Assembly (NCBI RefSeq): GCF_000146505.1
Contig: NC_017448.1
Span: 1,920,001-1,952,000, forward strand
Origin: Fibrobacter succinogenes subsp. succinogenes S85
GTDB lineage: Bacteria; Fibrobacterota; Fibrobacteria; Fibrobacterales; Fibrobacteraceae
Reading direction: 5' to 3'
Length of the DNA stretch: 32,000 nucleotides
The notes under the pieces are model-generated. The model had not been told where the DNA came from. It ran no database searches and worked only from the letters and a program-made list of their open reading frames with translations. The translations under genes and the position numbers were made by a program. This document shows, piece after piece, positions 24,028 through 31,526 of the stretch (position 1 is the stretch's first letter; the number at the start of each line of letters is the position of its first letter).

Positions 24028-25011
24028 TTACGGCACCTCGACGCTGTCGAGAATCTTCTGCACGACAGTTTCGGCAGTGACTTCTTCCGCTTCAGCTTCG
24101 TAACTCAGAATCACACGGTGGCGGAGCACTTCCATTGCGACAGCCTTCACATCTTCCGGCGTCACGTAGGCACGGCCCTGGATAAACGCATGAGCCTTCG
24201 AAGCCTGGGCAAGACCGATAGAAGCACGCGGCGAGGCGCCCACTTCCACAAAGCCCACCAAGTCGCTACGCTTGATGCTACCCGGATCACGCGTTGCCAA
24301 GACCAAGTTCACGATGTATTCGCGCACGCGTTCGTCCACATAAACCTGCTTCACGAGCTCACGAGCCTTCAAGATATCTTCCTTCGTTGCAACAGCCTTC
24401 GGCTGGCGGAGTCCTGCACCCGAAACAGCATCGAGAATTTTCATTTCGTCGGCCTTGTTCGGGTAGCTAACCTTCACCTTCAAGAGGAAACGGTCCACCT
24501 GAGCTTCCGGCAGCGGATACGTACCTTCCTGCTCAATCGGGTTCTGCGTGGCAAGCACCAAGAACGGTTCGTCCAGCTTGAACGTTTCATCGCCAATCGT
24601 GATGTGGCGTTCCTGCATGGCTTCGAGCAAAGCGCTCTGTACCTTCGACGGCGCACGGTTAATTTCATCAGCAAGCACGAGGTTCGTAAAGAGCGGGCCC
24701 TTGCGCGTTTCGAACTTTGCTTCACGGGCGTTATAAATCGTCGTACCGAGCAAGTCTGCCGGCAGCAAATCAGGAGTAAACTGGATGCGCTTGAAGTCGA
24801 GCGAAACAGCATCGGCAAAAGCCTTCACCGCAGTCGTCTTGGCCAAGCCCGGAAGGCCTTCCAAAAGCACGTGGCCATCTGCCAAAATACCCGTCAGAAT
24901 GCTTTCGACCATTGCCTTCTGACCAATCACCGTATCTTCAACTTCACGTAGCAAGTTCATGCAAAAAGAACTCTGCTGCTTCACCTTTTCCGAAAGTTCC
25001 TGAATATCCAT
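24028..25011 (-). CDS. moxR: MoxR-family AAA+ ATPase
   Basis: Walker A GLPGLAKTT, Walker B VLADEINRA, sensor region ATQNPIEQEGTYPLPEAQVDRF, and a C-terminal lid GASPRA. Confidence 0.95.
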   Translation of the reverse strand: MDIQELSEKVKQQSSFCMNLLREVEDTVIGQKAMVESILTGILADGHVLLEGLPGLAKTTAVKAFADAVSLDFKRIQFTPDLLPADLLGTTIYNAREAKFETRKGPLFTNLVLADEINRAPSKVQSALLEAMQERHITIGDETFKLDEPFLVLATQNPIEQEGTYPLPEAQVDRFLLKVKVSYPNKADEMKILDAVSGAGLRQPKAVATKEDILKARELVKQVYVDERVREYIVNLVLATRDPGSIKRSDLVGFVEVGASPRASIGLAQASKAHAFIQGRAYVTPEDVKAVAMEVLRHRVILSYEAEAEEVTAETVVQKILDSVEVP

Positions 25012-25074
25012 TTATTTTACCTCTAAGATTTTCATGCTTTAAGATACTAAAATCTTTGAAAAAAAACAAATGAG

Positions 25075-25100
25075 ATTAGTCGTTAGTCAATAGTCATTAG
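25075..25100. repeat. Degenerate heptamer array (nnTAGTC)x3.7 ending ..AATAGTCATTAG
   Basis: attagtc gttagtc aatagtc attag, read directly, 64-89 nt upstream of the moxR start. Confidence 0.85.
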
Positions 25101-25215
25101 AAGATTCAACGCAAGGCATAAGGGGGAAGCCTCCCCCTGGCTTCAGCCCCGTCGGGTCTTCCACCACCCCTTCTAGCGGGCGCTCAGACGCCGCCCCGCA
25201 ACGCCCCAGCATTTA

Positions 25216-25974
25216 CTACCAACCCATAACACTTATCGTCAAAACAAATCTATCCATATTAGAAAACTTCTCGTACTTTTCAGGATAGTTACTATAATCC
25301 TTACGTTTATAAGTCAAATCCCGACCATATCGAAATTCCAGACCGAACCGCAAAGTTTCGCGAGGAACAAACGATATATAGCCACCACCACCAATTTCAT
25401 CATAAAAAATAGGAGTATCATGAGTACAAGCAATTCCCGTATCAAAAGCACAAGCATGTCGTCCATTTCTAGACAAATGTTGCGTCAACCCCATTCGAAA
25501 ACTATCCCCTATAGGCAACTGTTCAATAAGGGATAATCCACCACCCCATTGAAAATACTTGTGTTCAACTTTTTCCAATTGCCACAGCCATAAATTGCCC
25601 CAACCCATGACTCCTAAATAATCAGATACAAACCCAATCTGTAAATAGGGCGTTAAAAAATCTAATCCACCGCCAAATTTAAAATATCCAATACTCCGCT
25701 GAATTTCCAGCATTATATCGACGGGAACTTCTCGCTCTACATACGCCCAATCATCATTCACTTCTTTTTTTATTTCCTTGTTAGGCACAAAATCAACACC
25801 CAAGCCACCATAAGCCAAATCCCCCAAATATAAAGAACCTGATACGCTTTTTAAAAACGCACCGTCACTCTTTTCCATAAAAGTAGCTGCAGAAGGTGGG
25901 TGAATGCTAGAAACACCGCACCCCGCAAGCATCATCGTCACAAACAAAACAAATAAACAAGCCAACCGATTCAT
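25216..25974 (-). CDS. Paralogous lipoprotein P1 (probable outer-membrane beta-rich protein), unknown function
   Basis: MNRLACLFVLFVTMMLAGC lipobox. Shares blocks with P3 (IGFVSDYLGVMGWGNLWLWQLEKVEHKYFQ.., IEQLPIG, GLTQHLSRNGR, PIFYDEIGGG, EFRYGRDLTY). Terminal Trp. Confidence 0.75.
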   Translation of the reverse strand: MNRLACLFVLFVTMMLAGCGVSSIHPPSAATFMEKSDGAFLKSVSGSLYLGDLAYGGLGVDFVPNKEIKKEVNDDWAYVEREVPVDIMLEIQRSIGYFKFGGGLDFLTPYLQIGFVSDYLGVMGWGNLWLWQLEKVEHKYFQWGGGLSLIEQLPIGDSFRMGLTQHLSRNGRHACAFDTGIACTHDTPIFYDEIGGGGYISFVPRETLRFGLEFRYGRDLTYKRKDYSNYPEKYEKFSNMDRFVLTISVMGW

Positions 25975-26008
25975 CACGTATAAAGCCAATTAAATTTCAA
26001 AAAAAACA

Positions 26009-26668
26009 TCAGTGCGATTGCGCATCAAACATCACACTAAAATCAAGATAAAATCGCTTATTATCTGAACCAGGCTCATTTCCATAACGGAATTCTAAAG
26101 AATACCCATCATAACTGACATACGCCCCTACACCTAGTTCCCCATAAAATTTCATATAATAATCAAGATTTATTGAGCAACATTCATCCAAAACTCCTGA
26201 ATAAGAATTGTAAGCAAAAAACTGATGTACGCCCACTTTAATTTTTGAGGTAATGGGGAGCTGTTCAATTATCATAATTCCAAAGGGTCGTTTCCAATTC
26301 GTTGAGCTATCAGCATTAAGTACAATAATATCTCCCCACCCCTGAACACCAAAATAATCACTAACAAAACCCAAATTCAAACGAATAAGAGAATGATCTC
26401 CCGAACTTAAACCAAATAAAAAATGATCATTTCTAAAAAAGAGCACCCCATCTAGTAAAAAATGCGATTCCTCATATCTGTAAGCTTCCTGAGCACTCTT
26501 CTCTTCACGATGCGAATTATCATCGCCCCAAAAGCCTCCACCGCCAACGCCAATACTAATAGAATTCGGTTTGGCACTCATAAAACGCGCTGCTGACGGA
26601 GCATGCGAACTGCACCCCGCAAGCATCGCAGCCACAATCAAAACAAGTAAACAAGCCAACCGATTCAT
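26009..26668 (-). CDS. Paralogous lipoprotein P2 (divergent member), unknown function
   Basis: MNRLACLLVLIVAAMLAGC lipobox. Conserved blocks LGFVSDYFGVQGWG, IIEQLPI, GVGAYVSY, LEFRYG. Lies 19 nt upstream of P1, so probably an operon. Confidence 0.75.
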   Translation of the reverse strand: MNRLACLLVLIVAAMLAGCSSHAPSAARFMSAKPNSISIGVGGGGFWGDDNSHREEKSAQEAYRYEESHFLLDGVLFFRNDHFLFGLSSGDHSLIRLNLGFVSDYFGVQGWGDIIVLNADSSTNWKRPFGIMIIEQLPITSKIKVGVHQFFAYNSYSGVLDECCSINLDYYMKFYGELGVGAYVSYDGYSLEFRYGNEPGSDNKRFYLDFSVMFDAQSH

Positions 26669-26820
26669 CACGTATAAAATAGCTTTAATTCAAAAAGTTT
26701 CAACGTAATCTATCAGCAAATTTCAACCACCCATCAGGCGATTTAAACAAGAAGGCGATTCCGCATACTTCGACTACGCTCAGCACAGGCTCCAGCCAGA
26801 ATGACATTCGGGATGGGCAT
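26669..26820 (-). repeat. Conserved ~150-nt leader, copy A (upstream of P2)
   Basis: Aligns by eye with 28685..28838 at about 11 substitutions and 2 indels; the first 42 nt are identical. Confidence 0.9.
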
Positions 26821-26829
26821 GACTATGCA

Positions 26830-26864
26830 TAAAAAGACCATATTGCTGACGCCAGCAATATGGT
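26830..26864 (-). terminator. Rho-independent terminator downstream of dinD
   Basis: Perfect 12-bp stem accatattgctg (26837-26848) with cagcaatatggt (26853-26864), loop acgc. On the minus strand it is followed by ctttttat. Confidence 0.75.
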
Positions 26865-26870
26865 TCACGC

Positions 26871-26901
26871 TATCATTTTCCCAGCGCCGGGAAAAATGAT
26901 A
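26871..26901. repeat. Palindromic hairpin immediately after the dinD stop; near copy of the intragenic palindrome at 27523..27552
   Basis: tatcattttcccagcgccgggaaaaatgata differs from the intragenic copy by one substitution and one extra A. Confidence 0.9.
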
Positions 26902-27738
26902 TTACTTTTTCTTCTTTTGAACATGCAAAAGAGACCCATCAGTCCTTTTCAAACGACGCACCACTTTCTTAACATCTTCACTTGCAGGCAAATTTTCGGG
27001 GACAATACCACGATCAAGAAGCATTTTGCGGACAGCGCGATTGTTATCCACATGTTCCTTCTCAATTTTCTTTTGTCCAAAAAGATTTTTTGTTTGAGTT
27101 TTGACAGAAGTCATTTCCGCAGCAAGATCCTTAGCCTTGATGCTTACCGTAGGCAAAAAATCCGCTAGCGGGCGACTCGCAGGAACATTATACTTACGCT
27201 TTAAGAGATTCGTATCAATGTTGAACAACGCCTGATCGCCCTTGGAACGGATAACGGCAAAACCCTTGCTATCTACGCCTCGTTCAAACAATACTCCCGA
27301 TAGGACCTTTTCGGTATGCGCAAGTTTCTCCCTCGCCTGCACACGTTCCAATTCATGAATACGGTCTTCAACAATTTCCGCCACACGAGTCTGCACAGCA
27401 AAGTAATTCTGCGCAAAAGAAATTTCCGGCTTGCGAGAATCACCATTTTGAGCAATCAAATAACAAGCGTAACGAGTAAGCATATAGTCATCAACTTCAC
27501 GTACCGCCCCCTTTGCAAGATGGATCATTTTCCCGGCGCCGGGAAAATGATCATCTACAATTTCGCCTGCATTTTTACAGGCTTCCTTCGCCTTTTCAAT
27601 AGCATTACTAAAACGCTCCCATTTAGTATATCCAAGTAACATACTCAAGTCACGAGCACTCCAACATTCCACCCCTTGGTATTCGCAAGCAATAGCTTGG
27701 AACTTTTCGAACAGAGTCTTGATCTCTTCGGACTTCAT
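26902..27738 (-). CDS. dinD: DNA-damage-inducible protein D (DinD family)
   Basis: Matches the E. coli DinD pattern as I remember it: [56 protein letters not shown]. Start taken at the ATG at 27738, preceded by GGAGG; the track start at 27750 is also possible. Confidence 0.85.
   Translation of the reverse strand: MKSEEIKTLFEKFQAIACEYQGVECWSARDLSMLLGYTKWERFSNAIEKAKEACKNAGEIVDDHFPGAGKMIHLAKGAVREVDDYMLTRYACYLIAQNGDSRKPEISFAQNYFAVQTRVAEIVEDRIHELERVQAREKLAHTEKVLSGVLFERGVDSKGFAVIRSKGDQALFNIDTNLLKRKYNVPASRPLADFLPTVSIKAKDLAAEMTSVKTQTKNLFGQKKIEKEHVDNNRAVRKMLLDRGIVPENLPASEDVKKVVRRLKRTDGSLLHVQKKKK
27523..27552. repeat. Perfect 30-nt palindrome inside the dinD CDS
   Basis: GATCATTTTCCCGGCGCCGGGAAAATGATC is its own reverse complement. 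It encodes [10 protein letters not shown] on both strands. Confidence 0.98.
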
Positions 27739-27754
27739 TATAGCCTCCATGTAA

Positions 27755-27767
27755 TCGTATTATACGA
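27755..27767 (-). promoter_or_regulatory. Candidate dinD promoter -10 (TATAAT) embedded in a 13-bp palindrome
   Basis: Minus strand TCGTATAATACGA (perfect 6-1-6 palindrome), 17 nt upstream of the ATG at 27738. I could not place a good -35. Confidence 0.35.
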
Positions 27768-27830
27768 CGCCGTTTTTGCGGCAAGTTTATGATTAGAGGC
27801 GTTCCTGCAAAATCAAATTATGATTAAAGC

Positions 27831-27865
27831 AAAAACGCACCTCGCCTTTGTATAGCGAGATGCGC
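27831..27865 (-). terminator. Rho-independent terminator of lipoprotein P3
   Basis: On the minus strand cgcatctcgc pairs with gcgaggtgcg (one mismatch), followed by tttttgcttt. Confidence 0.7.
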
Positions 27866-27937
27866 AGTCATTAATGTATCTATATATTAAAAAGTTGGCA
27901 AGGGGTTCATAAAAATTTTACATAACCCAACAAAAAA

Positions 27938-28684
27938 CTACCACCCTTGAAAATCAATCATAAACGTATACCGGTTGAAATCGCTTATAATGTTACCGTC
28001 AATTTCTTTTTCATCAAAACGATAATACGTTAGATCTCTTCCGAGCCGAAATTCAATACCAACATTTGTTCCTGTTCCAACACCAAATGAAACATATGCA
28101 CCTCCACCAATTTCATCGTAGAATATAGGCGTGGGTGTAGGAATGCTGAAGCCCAAGTCATATATACCATGAGCTATATTTTCACGACCATTTCTTGATA
28201 AATGTTGCGTCAAACCAATGCGAACGCCATTCCCTATCGGCAACTGTTCAATAACAGACACACCGCCCGCACACTGAAAATACTTGTGTTCTACTTTTTC
28301 AAATTGCCACAAGCAAAGATTGCTCCAACCCATCACGCCAAAATAATCCGAAACAAACCCCACCTGTATATAAGGTGATAATAAATCAAATCCAAAACCG
28401 TATTTAAAATATCCATAGCGTCGCTGAAACGAAACAGCAACTTCTACAGGAGACTCCTCTTCTCTATAGCTGTATTCTTCATTTACTTCTCTTTTCACAT
28501 ACTTTTTAGGAATAAAATCATAAGCCACACCCCCTACTGTAGCAGAAATTGAAGCATCGCGCACAAAGCCATCTCTATCATTTTCCATAAACGCCGAAGC
28601 AGAAGGTGGATGAACAAGCATTGTATTACATCCCGTAAGCAAAGTCGCAACAACCAAAACAATTAAGTAAGTCAACCGATTCAT
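27938..28684 (-). CDS. Paralogous lipoprotein P3, unknown function
   Basis: MNRLTYLIVLVVATLLTGC lipobox. Long blocks shared with P1. Terminal Trp (..DFQGW). Confidence 0.75.
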   Translation of the reverse strand: MNRLTYLIVLVVATLLTGCNTMLVHPPSASAFMENDRDGFVRDASISATVGGVAYDFIPKKYVKREVNEEYSYREEESPVEVAVSFQRRYGYFKYGFGFDLLSPYIQVGFVSDYFGVMGWSNLCLWQFEKVEHKYFQCAGGVSVIEQLPIGNGVRIGLTQHLSRNGRENIAHGIYDLGFSIPTPTPIFYDEIGGGAYVSFGVGTGTNVGIEFRLGRDLTYYRFDEKEIDGNIISDFNRYTFMIDFQGW

Positions 28685-28838
28685 CACGTATAAAATAGCT
28701 TTAATTCAAAAAGTTTCAACGTAATCCATCGTCAATTTTCAACCACCCATCAGGCGATTCATACAAGAAAGGCGATTCCGTCATACTTTGACTACGCTCA
28801 GCACAGGCTCCAGCCGGAATGACATTTGGAATGGGCTT
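28685..28838 (-). repeat. Conserved ~150-nt leader, copy B (upstream of P3)
   Basis: See 26669..26820. Confidence 0.9.
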
Positions 28839-28853
28839 GACAAAATAAAAACA

Positions 28854-28883
28854 GACCATTTTCCCCACGCCGGAAAAATGGTC
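28854..28883 (-). terminator. Terminator hairpin of the TfoX-N gene, related to the dinD palindrome
   Basis: gaccattttccccacgccggaaaaatggtc starts immediately after the stop. On the minus strand it is followed by tgtttttatttt. It shares the CATTTTCCnnGCGCCGGnAAAATG-type core with 26871..26901 and 27523..27552. Confidence 0.7.
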
Positions 28884-29201
28884 TCACTTCTTTTTCACAG
28901 CGGGCAATTCCGGGAGCATGGCGTTGAGCAAGCGCACAAGCAAGCCGTTGTCTGCAATTTGCTCTGCGGTGACACGAAGCATCGGCTTTGCACCATCGTA
29001 AGGCAACTGCAATTTTGCATTTGGGAGCATCGCTTTTGCGGCGGCCACAGGCTTCACCAGCAAGCGGTCATCGTAAATCCCGCCAAAGATTTTTCCATCA
29101 GCGTAAAAGATGTACTCGCCCATCATCTTGCGGGGCGTCACACGCAACTCCCCCTTGAATTGAGCCAAGACATAATCGCGAAACTTTTCAGAACTCGGCA
29201 T
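28884..29201 (-). CDS. TfoX/Sxy N-terminal-domain protein
   Basis: 105 aa. RKMMGEYIFYADGKIFGGIYDDRLLVK fits the TfoX_N pattern (MFGG.. Y.DG..F..I.DD.LYLK). Confidence 0.7.
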   Translation of the reverse strand: MPSSEKFRDYVLAQFKGELRVTPRKMMGEYIFYADGKIFGGIYDDRLLVKPVAAAKAMLPNAKLQLPYDGAKPMLRVTAEQIADNGLLVRLLNAMLPELPAVKKK

Positions 29202-29267
29202 AAAAATCCTTTATTCAATGACGTTTTTGACATTGTAATATAAAAAATTAATTTGTATATTCTTTCT

Positions 29268-29600
29268 ATGCTCAATTATCTATTCCTGTTGCTCGCCATT
29301 TTCGCAGAAGCCGCCGGCACCACGTTCCTCAAGATGTCAGAACAATTCACCAAACTTGTTCCTTCCATAGCCTCGCTTATCTGCTATGTCGCCTCGCTTT
29401 ACCTGCTGAGTCTATGCCTGCGCACCATTCCCATCGGCATTGCATACGCCACCTGGTCCGCCCTCGGAATTGCACTCATCACCTTAAGCGGCATAATCTT
29501 TTTCAAGCAAATTCCAGACATAGGCGCCATCGTAGGATTATTCCTGATTATCTCAGGTGTCGCCGTACTGAACCTTTTCTCCAAAATGGATATTCATTAA
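29268..29600 (+). CDS. SMR-family small multidrug efflux protein (EmrE/Qac-like)
   Basis: 110 aa with 4 TM helices. TM1 has AIFAEAAGTTFLKMSE with the essential Glu. IGIAYATWSALGI parallels EmrE TGIAYAIWSGVGI. Start taken at the ATG at 29268. Confidence 0.85.
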   Translation: MLNYLFLLLAIFAEAAGTTFLKMSEQFTKLVPSIASLICYVASLYLLSLCLRTIPIGIAYATWSALGIALITLSGIIFFKQIPDIGAIVGLFLIISGVAVLNLFSKMDIH

Positions 29601-29613
29601 GAGCAAAAGACTC

Positions 29614-30459
29614 ATGATATCAAACTTCACTGAAGAATATCTCAAGGATTATAAAGAACAAATTCGCAAGTTGCCACTTGACGAGCTTTATGAAGTTTTA
29701 GACATCATTGAAAAAGACGATTCTCCAGAACGCCAGAACATCGTCAAAACACGCATCGCAGAAATTGAAGGCGAAGAAGACGAAATAGACGAAACAAACA
29801 CCAAACATAATTTCGCGCAGTTCGAAACATTTCCAAAGCAACCTATTGAATCAAATCCAGACTTAAACGACTTCCAAATTACAACTCAAGACCCTGAACA
29901 AGCTCCCCCCGAAAGCGAAGACCCATCAAATCACGAAATTACACAAGAAGAAATAGACAGCTACAACAATACACAACCCATGCCCGACTCTGACGGATGT
30001 GTTTCATTCATTTTATGTATGGCAACCGGGTTTGGTATTGTCCTTTTTACTCTAGTTGGATTTTCAATGGGCGCAAACCGATCTGCAGGCTTTCACGATT
30101 TAAAATTAATAACCATTCTGCCATATATCAAATATATCCCTATAGGCGCCATCCTGCTTTTTTGTTTCTTTACAAAAAACAACATAGTCCGAGACTATTG
30201 GCTAAACCATCTTAAATTTGCGCTTGGTATTGCGTCAGTTCTCGCCGTAAACGCAATCACTACATTCATCTCAGGGACATACAGTGGCATATACCGCTGT
30301 TGCTCAGGAACACCCGCCTACATAATAGCCGCAGGCATTCTCTTTTTTTCGATATTATTTATCCTAAATACATTCTTTACCATCAACAAAAAAATCCGTC
30401 CCAAAAACGGGCTTACGCTAATTGCACTCGCCCTAATCCTTGAAACGGCGCTCCGATAA
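29614..30459 (+). CDS. Hypothetical membrane protein (acidic cytoplasmic N-domain, ~5 TM helices)
   Basis: Long ORF 14 nt after the SMR gene. No recognisable motif. Confidence 0.55.
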   Translation: MISNFTEEYLKDYKEQIRKLPLDELYEVLDIIEKDDSPERQNIVKTRIAEIEGEEDEIDETNTKHNFAQFETFPKQPIESNPDLNDFQITTQDPEQAPPESEDPSNHEITQEEIDSYNNTQPMPDSDGCVSFILCMATGFGIVLFTLVGFSMGANRSAGFHDLKLITILPYIKYIPIGAILLFCFFTKNNIVRDYWLNHLKFALGIASVLAVNAITTFISGTYSGIYRCCSGTPAYIIAAGILFFSILFILNTFFTINKKIRPKNGLTLIALALILETALR

Positions 30460-30465
30460 CCGTTT

Positions 30466-31506
30466 TTACAATTTCTTTTTCAGCACCTTCGCACAGGGCT
30501 TTTCTACAAGTTCATGTAACGCAATTGCCATAACCGCGCACAACGCGACCGACATTACAATCTGCAATACGTTATTCTGGATATCGCACGCAGCAAACAG
30601 CCAGTTCTCAATTTCAGTATTGAAAGTCTGCGCCAAGAAAAACGCATAGCTTGCCGCACTCGCATAACGAAGCACCGCAGAATTATGCAGCCGAGGTGAC
30701 TTAAGCCCTGCTAGCGTTAAAATCATAAAGGCAAACAGCGGAATCACAATCCAGTCGTAAAGCATGTAATTGCCCACGAAAATATTCAGCCGCACGGCAA
30801 TTGATATTCCTGCAACTAAAAGCAAAACTTCAACAAGCAAAGCTTTCCAAGTCGCAAGGATTTTCGCAATGCCATCGCGGATTGGCAACGAGCACAAAAG
30901 CACGCCAATGAAAAATTCCAGCCCACGGAAAAACGGGTTCGAATAAATCGAGTCCGTCGAAAATGTATGCACGACAAGCGGAGACCAGAACAAAACCGCC
31001 GAGCATATTGCAAGCGACATCCACTTCGTGCGAGCCGTCATCTGCTTTACGATTTCTTGCATCAGCGGGAACGCCAAATACGCAAACAGCAGGCAAGAAA
31101 TAAACCAAGTCCCGCCATTATGGCTCACTGGGAACAGCGTCGAAAACACGCTTTGCAATCCCAAGATTTCAATCGGCAAAAGCACTAGATTCTGGAACAC
31201 CGATTCCTCCCCCAAGGTCACAACGTACAACACCGCCACGACCAAGTACAAAGGAAAAATTCCGAAAATGCGTTTCAGATAAAAGTTTTTGAGCGCCGGA
31301 GCCTGTACAAGCGATTTATCCTTGTACGTCAAGAACAGCACATAACCCGAAAGCATAAAGAACGCTGTCATGAACACGGCGCCCATCGAGACAAATCCCG
31401 TCAATGGTCCAAAATTGCTTTCGTGATGGATATTGCAATGGAACAGCAATACCATCACAGCGGCTACAACGCGAAAGAGGTCAAGCCCCGCCGCACGGTG
31501 TTGCAT
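30466..31506 (-). CDS. Acyltransferase family 3 (OafA/YrhL-like) membrane protein
   Basis: N-terminus MQHRAAGLDLFRVVAAVMVLLFH is typical of Acyl_transf_3. About 10 TM helices. The track start (GTG at 31527) is also possible. Confidence 0.8.
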   Translation of the reverse strand: MQHRAAGLDLFRVVAAVMVLLFHCNIHHESNFGPLTGFVSMGAVFMTAFFMLSGYVLFLTYKDKSLVQAPALKNFYLKRIFGIFPLYLVVAVLYVVTLGEESVFQNLVLLPIEILGLQSVFSTLFPVSHNGGTWFISCLLFAYLAFPLMQEIVKQMTARTKWMSLAICSAVLFWSPLVVHTFSTDSIYSNPFFRGLEFFIGVLLCSLPIRDGIAKILATWKALLVEVLLLVAGISIAVRLNIFVGNYMLYDWIVIPLFAFMILTLAGLKSPRLHNSAVLRYASAASYAFFLAQTFNTEIENWLFAACDIQNNVLQIVMSVALCAVMAIALHELVEKPCAKVLKKKL

Positions 31507-31526
31507 TTTGGACTTGTCGATAATCA

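Noticed and set aside
27739-27937. SOS (LexA) operator upstream of dinD
   Set aside because: No CTGT-N8-ACAG, CGAAC-N4-GTTCG or TGCNC-N4-GTGCA-like sequence is present. Only the TATAAT-containing palindrome and a terminator hairpin were seen.
29202-29267. Guanidine or other riboswitch upstream of the SMR efflux gene
   Set aside because: The leader is only about 65 nt, AT-rich, and has no ACGR-loop GC hairpins or ykkC-like structure. The protein also looks EmrE/Qac-like rather than Gdx/SugE-like.
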